NCBI GenBank assembly: GCA_030390025.1
Contig: CM059433.1
Coordinates: 18,478,001-18,542,000, forward strand
Direction of reading: 5' to 3'
Length of the DNA: 64,000 nucleotides
DNA from: Squalus acanthias
Taxonomy: Eukaryota
Below, piece by piece: positions 10,960 to 21,381 of the stretch (positions are counted from its first letter, which is position 1; each line of letters starts with the position of its first letter). Made by a program: the position numbers and the translations under genes. The notes under the pieces were generated by a model. It was not told the origin of the DNA. It did not search any database and worked only from the letters and a program-made list of their open reading frames with translations.

Positions 10960-13901
10960 TATGGCAGGGGGCTAGAAACCCATGTAGTGAAATAGAGGAA
11001 AGTGAAAGGCAGACAGAAATAAATGGTAAAAAGGAGAGGAACAAAAAACAAAGGGCCAAACTAATTCATAAAAAATGTGAGCATAAAAAAAGCCTGAGGG
11101 TTTTATACCTTAATGCGAGAAGCATCAGGAACAAGGTAGATGAATTAGCTGTGGAAATAGAGGTTAATAATTATGATCTAATTGGGATTACGGAAACATG
11201 GTTGCAGGGTGAGCAGGGCTGGGAGCTTAACATACAGGGGTATTCAGTATTTAGGAAGGATCGACAAAAAAGAAAGGGAGGAGGGGTAGCATTGCTGGTA
11301 AAAGAGGGGATAAATGCAATTGAAAGGAAGGATATTAACTCAGTTAATACAGAATCTATATGGGTGGAGCTAAGAAATAGCGAGGGGCGAAAAACATTAA
11401 TAGGAGTGGTATATAGGCCTCCAAATAGTAAAATAGAGGTTGGGGAGGGCATCACGAGGGAAATTAGAGAAGCGTGCAATAAGAGCACAGCTGTCATCAT
11501 AGGTGACTTTAACTTACATATAGATTGGACTAGCCTAATCAGTAAAAATAATGAGGAGGAGGAATTCCTTGAGTGTTTAAGGGATGGTTATCTGGATCAA
11601 TATGTCGAGGAACCAACTCGGGAACAGGCTATATTGGACTGGGTACTGTGCAATGAGAAGGGACTAATTAGTAATCTTGTTGTACGGGGACCCTTGGGTC
11701 AGAGCGATCATAACATGATCGATTTCTCACTCGAAATGGAGAGCGAAGAAATTGACTCAGAGACTCAGGTCCTGAATTTAAACAAGGGGAATTATGATGC
11801 CATTAGACGGGAACTGAGTAGGTCTGATTGGACAACGTTCCTGGGAGGACTGGAGGTAGATAAACAATGGCAAGCATTTAAAGATAGAATGACAAAATTG
11901 CAAAAATTGTTTATACCAATCTGGCATAAAAGGAAATCTAAAAAGGTGACTCAACCGTGGATAACAGGGGAAATTAGAGACAGCATAAAATCCAAAGATA
12001 GGGCGTATAAAATAGCCAAAAAACGCGCCAGAGCGGAAGATTGGGAACAGTTTAAGATAGAGCAAAGGAGGGCAAAGGGCTTAATCAAGAAGGGCAAAAT
12101 AGCTTACGAAAGCAAGCTGGCGGAAAATATAAAAACTAACTCCAAAAGCTTTTATAAGTATATCAAGAGGAAAAGACTGGTGAAAACCAAAGTTGGTCCA
12201 TTGCAGTCAGATACGGGGGAATATATAATGGGAAATAAGGAAATGGCAGACCAACTAAATGCATACTTTGGGTCAGTCTTTACGAAGGAAGACACAAAAA
12301 ACCTCCCTGGGATATCGGGAAAAATAGGGACATTGGCAAAGGAGGAACTGACGCAAATCAATATCTCTAAGGATATGGTGTTAAGGAAGCTAAAGGGATT
12401 GAAGGCGGACAAATCCCCAGGGCCTGATAACATGCATCCTAGGGTACTGAAGGAGGTGGCCCTAGAGATAGCGGATGCACTAAGCATGATTTTTCAGAAT
12501 TCATTAGACTCGGGAACAGTGCCCATGGATTGGAGGGTAGCTAACGTTACCCCACTATTCAAAAAGGGGGGTAGGGAAAAAGCAGGTAATTACAGACCTG
12601 TAAGCCTTACATCAGTTGTGGGCAAAATGCTGGAGTCCATCATTAAGGATGAAATAGCCGAGCACTTAGCAAATGGGGACAGGATAGGACAGAGTCAACA
12701 TGGATTTACAAAGGGTAAATCGTGCTTGACTAATCTATTGGAATTTTTTGAGGGAGTAACTGGTAAAATAGATGGGGGAGAGCCAGTAGATGTGGTGTAC
12801 CTGGACTTCCAAAAGGCCTTCGATAAGGTCCCACATAAAAGATTAGCATGGAAAATTGAAGCTCATGGGATAAAGGGGAAAGTATTGACGTGGATAGAGA
12901 ACTGGCTGTCAGATAGAAAACAGAGAGTTGGAATAAACGGCTCATTTTCTGAATGGCAGGCAGTAACAAGTGGGGTACCACAGGGATCTGTCCTGGGTCC
13001 CCAGCTGTTCACAATTTATATTAATGACCTGGATCAGGGAGTCGAATGCAGCATTTCCAAATTTGCAGACGACACTAAACTAGGAGGGGGGGTGGGCTCA
13101 GAGGAGGAGACCAGGAAGCTCCAGAGCGATTTGGACAGACTGGGTGATTGGGCGGATAAATGGCAGATGCACTATAATGTGGACAAGTGCGAAGTTATCC
13201 ACCTTGGGTGCAGGAACGGGAGGGCAAATTATTATTTAAATGGCAATAAATTGGGAGAGGGGGAAGTACAGAGAGACCTGGGTGTTCTTGTACACCAGTC
13301 ACTGAAGGCGAGCATGCAGGTGCAACAGGCGGTCAAGAAGGCAAACGGTATGCTGGCCTTCATAGCAAAAGGGTTGGAATACAGGAACAGGGATACCTTG
13401 CTGCAGCTGTACAGGGCACTGGTGAGACCACACCTCGAGTACTGTGTACAGTTTTGGTCGCCTCATCTGAGGAAAGATGTTCTTGCCATGGAGGGGGTGC
13501 AGCGGCGATTCACCAGGCTGATACCAGGAATGGCGGGATTGACCTATGAGGAGAGACTATGTAGTTTAGGGATGTACACACTGGAGTTTAGAAGATTGAG
13601 AGGGGACCTCATAGAAGTGTATAAAATTCTGACAGGTCTAGACAGATTAGATGCAGAAGGAATGTTTCCCTTGGCGGGTGAGAACAGAACTAGAGGACAT
13701 AATTTAAGGATAAGGGCTAAACCATTTAGGACAGAAATGAGGGGGAATTTCTTCACTCAGAGAGTGGTGAACCTGTGGAACTCATTGCCACAGAGGGCAG
13801 TGTACGCCAGCTCATTAAATATATTTAAGAGGGAATTAGATATATTTCTACAGGCAAAAGGGGTTAAGGGTTACGGAGAGAAGGCGGGGACGGGATACTG
13901 A
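10950..13901 (+). CDS. CR1 ORF2: AP endonuclease plus reverse transcriptase (frame open from 10935, no AUG before 11715)
   Basis: YLNARSI, ITETW, YRPP, GDFN and SDH endonuclease motifs; NYRPVSL, DFQKAFD, GVPQGSVLGP and FADD RT motifs; no stops or frameshifts. Confidence 0.93.
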   Translation, partial: FKLVWQGARNPCSEIEESERQTEINGKKERNKKQRAKLIHKKCEHKKSLRVLYLNARSIRNKVDELAVEIEVNNYDLIGITETWLQGEQGWELNIQGYSVFRKDRQKRKGGGVALLVKEGINAIERKDINSVNTESIWVELRNSEGRKTLIGVVYRPPNSKIEVGEGITREIREACNKSTAVIIGDFNLHIDWTSLISKNNEEEEFLECLRDGYLDQYVEEPTREQAILDWVLCNEKGLISNLVVRGPLGQSDHNMIDFSLEMESEEIDSETQVLNLNKGNYDAIRRELSRSDWTTFLGGLEVDKQWQAFKDRMTKLQKLFIPIWHKRKSKKVTQPWITGEIRDSIKSKDRAYKIAKKRARAEDWEQFKIEQRRAKGLIKKGKIAYESKLAENIKTNSKSFYKYIKRKRLVKTKVGPLQSDTGEYIMGNKEMADQLNAYFGSVFTKEDTKNLPGISGKIGTLAKEELTQINISKDMVLRKLKGLKADKSPGPDNMHPRVLKEVALEIADALSMIFQNSLDSGTVPMDWRVANVTPLFKKGGREKAGNYRPVSLTSVVGKMLESIIKDEIAEHLANGDRIGQSQHGFTKGKSCLTNLLEFFEGVTGKIDGGEPVDVVYLDFQKAFDKVPHKRLAWKIEAHGIKGKVLTWIENWLSDRKQRVGINGSFSEWQAVTSGVPQGSVLGPQLFTIYINDLDQGVECSISKFADDTKLGGGVGSEEETRKLQSDLDRLGDWADKWQMHYNVDKCEVIHLGCRNGRANYYLNGNKLGEGEVQRDLGVLVHQSLKASMQVQQAVKKANGMLAFIAKGLEYRNRDTLLQLYRALVRPHLEYCVQFWSPHLRKDVLAMEGVQRRFTRLIPGMAGLTYEERLCSLGMYTLEFRRLRGDLIEVYKILTGLDRLDAEGMFPLAGENRTRGHNLRIRAKPFRTEMRGNFFTQRVVNLWNSLPQRAVYASSLNIFKRELDIFLQAKGVKGYGEKAGTGY

Positions 13902-15011
13902 ATTGAAGGATCAGCCATGATCTCATTAAATGGCGGAGCAGGCTCGAAGGGCCGGATGGCCTACTCCTGCTCCTATCTTCTATGTATCTATGTAATGCCA
14001 TTTTTTCTGTTCTATTCAATAATATTTCCCCATGTTGTAGTCCAAATCTGAATTAGACTCAGTGGGGGTAATTTTGATTTTATGCAATAGTGTAAAACGG
14101 GTGATATTGAATCGGCAGCACATTTAACATCTCTCCCAATTTTTATATCCATTGACTTAACATGCATGTACTGTGAAAATGTGTCTTATTACAGTAGGCA
14201 TAAGATTGTTCAAACATTCTAGTAATGATTCAGACAATTTTGTGATATTTTCTATTCTGGCTGTATTGGTCTTGCATGGTAACTTTTGGTCGTCTCCACC
14301 AAGTTCCTAATGGGCATGAATCTACAGCACCTAACTGATCACCATTTGGTACAAGTTCACTAAATTGGTAATCTGATTCAAATATGAGCAAAAGATGGCA
14401 AGTTTGGAAGATGTTGCAACAAGTGATTTTCTGTGCTTGGGGTTAAGTCACACATTTGAGGCAGACTGACTGTGTTTCACTACCCGAGCTAGGAGCACTT
14501 GATGCTGCTACAGTGTGCCAAAGTTTAAAAGTGTATGATTTTCTGAACAGACATCCTCGACTTGAGGAGTAGAAAATTTTACCACAAAAATGCTAAAAGA
14601 CTTCAGTCTGTATTATGAGACCACAGCTTAGATTTTCCGATTGGCATTATTTAACTTCATCTGTGATCCAGTTGAAAGAAATGCTTACCATCGACTTTAA
14701 CAGCAATCGGAAACTCTAAGCTCACCTATCTAAAAAGACCACTATCGGTAAGAAAAAAGGGTCACTGTTAGAGTATATAGCGTTGTGTAGTCTTCGGGAA
14801 GGTGTCTATTGTATAAATCCAAATAAGAAATGTCACTAGAAACATCTTAATACCTGAAAATCCAGGAGTATTCATAACATATACTTTTAATTTGTAAACT
14901 AGCATTTCTGCACTTCATCTGAAAGCTTTCTCTGTCGCTTAATGCTTGAAATTATTTTATTGTTTTACCAGTTCTGTTGTATTTAAATGTTTCCAGTACC
15001 ATAAAGACAGT

Positions 15012-15178
15012 AGGGAAGAAATTTGTCCTGGGCAGTAGCACAAAAGGAGCAGTATCGCATGGGCTGTGTATTCAGTTCATTGAAGTTAATGGAACTGAAT
15101 GTTGGGCAGGGCGTATAACGGGTGGCTGATGTGATATAGTCAGTATTTTTGCTTACGCCCAAAATGACTTTCTACCCC
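15012..15178. mobile_element. Short palindromic MITE (family also at about 14063-14160, 33263-33377 and 38079-38257)
   Basis: GGG(G)-AGAAA / TTTCTACCCC-type ends and internal similarity to the cleaner palindromic copy at 38079-38257. Confidence 0.45.
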
Positions 15179-16105
15179 AATGTATTTTTAATTGGACCAG
15201 TTTATCAAATGTGAATGAATCTATTACTGTGACCCAGTGAAAGATGTTTTGTATTGTGCTTGGAGCCTTTTTTATATTTTTAGAACATCATAACAAAACA
15301 TCTGCTTTTGTTCAAGTGGAAAAGAAATTCAGTGCACATTGGAATCATACTGAATGGGGTTGTATTCTGAAGTACATTGTTGGAATGGTTGAAGTTTAAT
15401 ATGGAACATAATGACAACAAGGTCTTGTGTAATTTTCTTCTCAACTTCATAATTCTGGCTTTGAATCTGTTGGACTTTTATATCTTGTATGTCTGATATG
15501 TGTTCTTTGTATATTCCATTTTCTGGATTATTGATTAATATCCTAAATAGTGATTTGTTTTTGTAATTACCCAGTAAATGATTGAAATAACTATAAAATG
15601 TAACGTTACAAGTTCTGCTCTGTTTATGTATTTAAAAGTAAAACCTTGCTCATCTATGTTGATTGATTCTCTACTACACCAATTCTATTTACAGTGTTTT
15701 ATTTGCAGTTCGTAATTGTCATTTCCTTTCAGCAAGCTTAATTTATTTCCATGCCGTTTTATTTCTTATACCCATTTGAGTAGAATTGTGTAGAATCAAA
15801 CCACAAACAGAGTATGGTTCAGACTTTAGTATGTTCACACTATGTTGTTGGATCACTCTAATCTACTCAAGATATTTGAGCAGGCATATCCAATCAGAAT
15901 ATGAAATTCTGGTCTGGGACATTATTTTAGGACAACTTTATCTCTGCTCAAAAAAGTTGAAAGCTGCTGTTATCTCAACTGGCCAACCGAGATATCTGAA
16001 TCCAAATAAATCCAGAATATCACATTTTGGAACATCTGTATTCACTTGAATTCACCTTGTTAGAGTGTGTGGATTCAGAACAAATTCTGTGCTTAATCCA
16101 GTTTA

Positions 16106-16409
16106 TGATGCGGAGATGCCGGCGTTGGACTGGGGTGGACAAAAATGAGAAGTCGCACAACAGCAGGTTATAGTCCAACAGATTTATTTAAAATGACAAG
16201 CTTTCGGAGCTATCGATCGCCCCTTCTTCAGGTAAAGTTACTGTGAGTGAATCTACAAAAATTCACAGATTGTGTTTATATTCTGTGAATTTTTGTAGAT
16301 TCACTCATAGTAACTTTACCTGAAGAAGGGGCGATCAATAGCTCCGAAAGCTTGTAATTTTAAATAAATCTGTTGGACTATAACCTGCTGTTGTGCGACT
16401 TCTCATTTT
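16106..16409. mobile_element. Penelope-like inverted pseudo-LTR insertion with TSD
   Basis: Near-perfect 128-bp inverted arms 16142-16269 and 16282-16409; TTAATCCAGTTTA duplicated at 16093-16105 and 16408-16420; hammerhead cores in both arms. Confidence 0.8.
16316..16357 (+). ncRNA. Minimal type I hammerhead ribozyme motif (mirror copy on the - strand at 16194-16235)
   Basis: TTAC-CTGAAGA-A-GGGGC-GATCAATA-GCTCC-GAAAG-CTT-GTAA: stem I TTAC/GTAA, intact CUGANGA and GAAA cores, palindromic stem III AAGCTT. Confidence 0.72.
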
Positions 16410-18272
16410 AATCCAGTTTAGACATGTGGTGTAATTTGTACATTGACCATCCATTGCTTAGTGCAATAATAGTTTAGGATCTAAATGCAACAGTGATTCA
16501 CCTATTGCTGTAATACAGAAAAATATTGAAGTAATATGTCACATGGATATAAGGTAAAAATATTACACACCTTACTTCAAATGAAAGATACAGGTGTCTC
16601 AGGTTATAAAACTATTTACTTATCACTAAATTTTCTTTATACAAGTAACTTTGTTCTTCCCCAGACCTTCCTCCTTTTGTCTCTGTTGTTAACACAATTA
16701 TAAAAAATAGTTGTTGTCGCCTTCACTTCCTATGTTAAACTTGAGGTTAATTCTGAAGCCGTCATTCATATAGCACGGCTAAAGGAGATTTTCCCCACTG
16801 TCGAGTCTCCACTGAGCTGAACCAGTGGTCACGCACCATTGTTCAAATTTGACTGCCTGACTCGCACAGTCTTGGTGCAGTCTCAAGGTCAGTAATCAAA
16901 GTGATTTATAAACATTTCTCCCTGACTCTAGCACAAACAGCAGCCCCCTTAGCCACAATTTTGATTTTTTTTCCCCGCCATTTGCACCTCATAGGTTTTT
17001 GTAAACTTTTTGCCGAGTTGTCAGTGAAATGGATGAAAACCCTATTTGGTTTTGTGGTATCTGCTGATTTGTCAATGAAAGGCTTTGGGAAGATTTGAGT
17101 GCTCAATTTTAGACTGGCTATTTGTTCCTCACTGGTAAATTCTTCTGCTGTTGATGAATTCACATTTCACAAAATATTTACTGTTGCAAAAATCTAATTG
17201 GCCCATCCAAAAAGACCCAACATGCTCTCTTCCCCCCCCCCCCCCCTCCCCCCCACACACACACACTTTGCTGCATCTAATTGTTTTTTAAATGATGCGA
17301 GGATTTTCACCTCCACTATTACTGCCAGATTACTTCCAGTCTATTCCAAATGTTGATCATTTTGTGTGAAGAGCTTTCCGCTGTCGGTCTTAAACTTGCC
17401 TTTTACTAGCTTTTTTGGTCAATTGGATTTTTTTTGGCAACTTAAAAGATAAGTGGTTATTTGAACCAATCACGATTCTTTGCCCGATGTATGTGTGATG
17501 CCATGAGGTGTGATACTTTTCAGGTTCAATACCCTTGAAGCTACACTATTGTGATAAGATGCCTTTTGAAATGCACAATGAGATGGACCATACACTCTTT
17601 AAATTCTTTAGATCTTGGGTATGTGCCCACTGATTTAGAATGTGCAATACAGGCATAATGGTAATTCTACTAGTACACAGATGGTTCTTTCATCTGTATA
17701 AGATAACACAGTGGTCAGCAACATGTGTCTTAAAAGCTCACTGAGACATACACAACATGGGGCCATGGGTTCATACAATAAGCTTAACCTGTCACTGATG
17801 AGTTCAAGTTGTCTTCCACTTGAGTGAGAAACCACCATGGCTTTTTTCTGACACAATGAGAATATATTGTCCTGACATTTGAAATGATCGCAATAACTCA
17901 GCACCACCAGTTACATGTCCATTACTTTAATCTCTACCCTGCATGGAGAGATGAATGTGTTATTTTGGATATGGGACGAGAAATATAATTTGCTCATGTC
18001 TGACTAGTGAAGGTTCCTGACAGCAGCAGTCAGTAAATAACAAAATTGAAATACTTCTGGGTCAGGTTAATGTTGACCAAGGATAGAGGAATTCAGCTCG
18101 GAATGTTCACTCTGGTTGAGAATTAATGACTGCAGTATTTTGATACTGTCTAAAGCAGCTTCTGTACTTCAGTGCACACACTCATCTAGAATCATTGGGC
18201 CCGATATTGACTGGGGCAGGGAGATAGAATTTTGGATGGGAAACCCAAAAGTCCAGATTTCCCTGTATGCTG

Positions 18273-18525
18273 TGGACGTGAAAGGTCCCATGGCACTACT
18301 CAAAAGTGCCCTGGCCAACATTTATCCCTCAACCAACAGCTAAAACAAATGATCTGGTCATTTATTTCATTGCTGTTTGTGGGAGCTTGCTGTGCGCAAA
18401 TTGGCTGCCGCATTTCCTACATTACAACAGTGACTACACTTCAAAAGTGCTAGTCACTGTACTTTGTAAAGCACTTTGGGACATCCTGAGGTCATGAAAA
18501 GTGCTATATAAATGCAATTCTTTCA
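18273..18525 (+). mobile_element. DeuSINE-type SINE, 3' part with L2-like tail
   Basis: Matches the reverse complement of the 1-310 copy; ends GCTATATAAATGCAA. Confidence 0.7.
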
Positions 18526-19059
18526 CATTCATCTAATATAAGAACAACAGAATGTATGAACAGCAAAACCCTACTCAGGCCATCAATCTGATGTGGGTCC
18601 AATTTCAAGATGTGCAGTGACTATTCTTCATCTCCCTCATGTCTGTACCAATTCCATAAGCCTTCCATAAGCAGTTGAATCCAGAATCTATCCAATTTTG
18701 AATGCCGTCACTGAGCTGCATCATCAGTCTATCTCATAAATTAAACATTCTAAATCTGCCCCTTAAAGGGGCACTGTCTTCAAGGACAAAGTATTTTAAA
18801 GCCCTTACTTTGTCTACAAGCTCAAGACATGCCAACAAATCACACTGAACTGCATCATCACGTTTATTATCTTAATGTTGAAAATGACATTTGGCTGCTT
18901 GGTGCTTCATTCTTTGCAAATTAAAAAAAACAATTTCAAGTTAACATGCTTAGCTTAAGCTCATAACTTCTTAACCTCCTTGCCTCTGGTTATGTGCAAA
19001 GGGGTTGAAATTGTGCTGTGAGATATTAATTACCAACATGGTGAAGTGTTTGTATGAAA

Positions 19060-19423
19060 TTACTGAGATGAGGAGAAACTTTTTCACTCAGAGGGTAGTG
19101 GGTCTGTGGAATTTGCTACCCCAGGAAGCTGTGGAAGCTACATCATTAAATAAATTTAAAACAGAAATAGACCGTTTCCTAGAAGTAAAGGGAATCGGGG
19201 GTTACGGGGAGCGGGCTGGAAATTGGACATGAGTTTGAGTTCGGATCGGTCAAGGCCCTGTGGGTGGCGGAGCGGGCCCAGGGGCCGAGTGGCCTGGTCC
19301 TGCTCCTACTTGTGTTCTTTAGAGTTGAGGTTGGATCAGATCAGCCATGATCTCATTGAATGACGGAGCAGGCTCGAGGGGCCGATTGGTCTACTCCTGC
19401 TCCTATTTCTTATGTTCTTATGT
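19060..19423 (+). mobile_element. CR1 3' fragment with tandemly duplicated 3' UTR
   Basis: EMRRNFFTQRVVGLWNLLPQ...GYGERAG, then two GGCGGAGC...GGGGCCGA...CCTGCTCCTA units and a (TTCTTATG)n tail. Confidence 0.85.
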
Positions 19424-19451
19424 AAATTCCTCTGTGCACTATTAACTAAAG

Positions 19452-19707
19452 GCAAGACCGCACAAAGTGGAGGAGAAGCATCCGGGAAGGCGCCGCACAC
19501 CTCGAGTCGCTTCGCCGGGAGCAAGCGGAAGCCAAGCGCAAACAGCAGAAGGAGCGCACGTCAACCCAAGCACCCCACCCACCCGCCGTCTGCCCCACCT
19601 GTGACAGAGACTGTAGGTCCCGCATCGGACTCGTCAGTCACCTGAGAACTCACTTTTAGTGTGGAAACAAGTCATCCTCGGTTTTGAGGGACTGCCTAAG
19701 AAGAAGA
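19452..19707 (+). mobile_element. RTE-clade LINE 3' end with 11-bp TSD
   Basis: Encodes QDRTKWRRSIREG...CPTCDRDCRSRIGLVSHLRTH (C2H2-like terminus), (AAG)n tail, and ATTAACTAAAG at 19441-19451 and 19708-19718. Confidence 0.8.
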
Positions 19708-20459
19708 ATTAACTAAAGCATTAACCTAGTTAAACAAGTTGATGCTTTTTGTTGAGACAGCAGACAGAGGTATTCCTTAACAATTTGGGTTGTTAAATTG
19801 CTCTTCCTGCCCCTAATCATTTACCAATAATAAAAAAAAGTTACATTTATTTAGCTCTTCATACCTCAGTGATTTAACATATGGTATGGTGTATGTTACC
19901 CTTTGAATATCTTCCCTCCCTCAATCTTTTTTCTGCATATTAATGAAAATTGGACACAGTGCTCCATACATGGTCTCACCAATGCTTTATAGAATATCTT
20001 CACATTTATTACATACAATAAATAGTGAATAATGCCAAAAAAAGTAAACCTCCAGCACTGGCATGTTATATAATGTTTCTTCCTATGTTCACCTACAAAT
20101 GCTTGGCAAGATGGTGACATGTCAGAACACGGTGGCCTAATTAAGATCAGCTATAGTTCTATGTATAGTATAGTACAGCCAAGTTTTGTGTGTGTGTGTG
20201 TGTGAGTGTGAGCACGGGAAGAGAAACACAGCAGATGAGTTAATTTATGATGTTTTGGAATTAAGATGCCAAAAATTATTTAAAACAAATTCCAAAAAAG
20301 ACTGTGTAAAGACAGTCAATATTATTTTCATAATTTCACAATGCAACTACTGTAATCTTATTTAAAAAGATTGTGACATTTATTGTGCAGTTGTTATCTG
20401 TCAATTATTTGTTGCCAGTAAAAACTGATTCTAAAAACTAGTTCTCGGTATAAATTACC

Positions 20460-20946
20460 GGGTCTGTAAGTAAAGTCTTGGATTTCAGTCAGGACAGAAA
20501 TCCATGTCTTCGGACCCCGCCAAAATCTTCATTCCCAAACCGCCAATTCCATCACCCTCCCTGGCCCCAATCTCAGGCTGAATCAGACTCTTCATAAACT
20601 TGGCGTCCTACTTGACCCGGAGCTAAGCTTCTGACCACATATCCTCTCCATCGCAAAGACCGCCTGCTTCCACCTCTGTAATATCGCCTGTCTACTATTC
20701 CAATGCTCTCCGCGTTGGCCTCCCATCTGCCACCCTCTGTAAACTTGAGCTCATCCAAAAATGTGCTGCCTCTATCCTAATTTGCACCAAGTCCTGTTCA
20801 CCCATCCCCTGTGCTTGCATTGGCTACCGGTCCAGTAACACCTCAAATTTAAAATTCTTGTCTTCGTGTTCAAATCCCTCCATAACCTCACCCTTCTCTA
20901 TCTCCGTAACCTCCTCCAGCCCTACAACCCTCCGAAAACTCTGCAT
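20460..20946 (+). mobile_element. L2 LINE 3' fragment, 5' half (interrupted by the 20947-24242 insertion)
   Basis: Colinear with the L2 at 50.2-51.2 kb (NLGVLLDPELSF, KLELIQ, HPS, LQPYNP). Confidence 0.8.
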
Positions 20947-21040
20947 GGGAGCAGTAGCATAGTGGTAATGTTACTGGGCTTGTAATCCAGAGGCCTGGAC
21001 TAATGATCCAGAGACATGAGTTCAACTTCCACCACGGCAG
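20947..21040 (+). promoter_or_regulatory. tRNA-derived RNA polymerase III type-2 promoter head (A and B boxes)
   Basis: A box TAGCATAGTGG at 20955-20965; B-box-like GAGTTCAACTTCC at 21018-21030; anticodon-like arm CTGGG-CTTGTAA-TCCAG at 20974-20990. Confidence 0.75.
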
Positions 21041-21381
21041 CTGGGGAATTTAAATTCAGTTAATTTAATAAATCTGGAATAAAAAGTTAGTATCAGTAAT
21101 GGTGACCATGAAACTATCAGGTTGTCATAAAAACCCATCTGGCTCACTCATGTCCTTTAGGGAAGGAAATCTGCTGTTCTTAACTGGTCTGCACTATGTG
21201 ACTCCAGACCCACAGCAATGTGGTTGACTCTTAACTGCCCTCTGAAATGGCCTAGCAAGCCACTCAGTTGTAACAAACCGCTACGAGAAACAAGAATAAA
21301 ACCAGACGGACCACCCGGCATCAACCTTGGCACCGGCTACTGATAGGCCAATGGCACACCCAGCCCAGTCGACCCTGCTAA

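Larger units (their letters stand above)
10390..13993 (+). mobile_element. Young, 5'-truncated CR1 LINE with uninterrupted ORF2
   Basis: Esterase ORF1 half, APE-RT ORF2, CR1 3' UTR (GATCAGCCATGATCTCATTAAATGGCGGAGCAGGCTCGAAGGGCCG...CCTACTCCTGCTCC) and (TCTATGTA)n tail. Confidence 0.95.

Noticed and set aside
10957..10975. TAG-T-ATG stop/start coupling for ORF2
   Set aside because: That ATG is not in the ORF2 frame and closes after four codons
11151..11153. GTG as the start of CR1 ORF2
   Set aside because: Lies downstream of the first endonuclease motif (YLNARSI); the frame is open from 10935
20947..21040. Functional tRNA-Thr gene
   Set aside because: Extra hairpin, no proper acceptor stem or downstream T-run; it is the head of a retroelement
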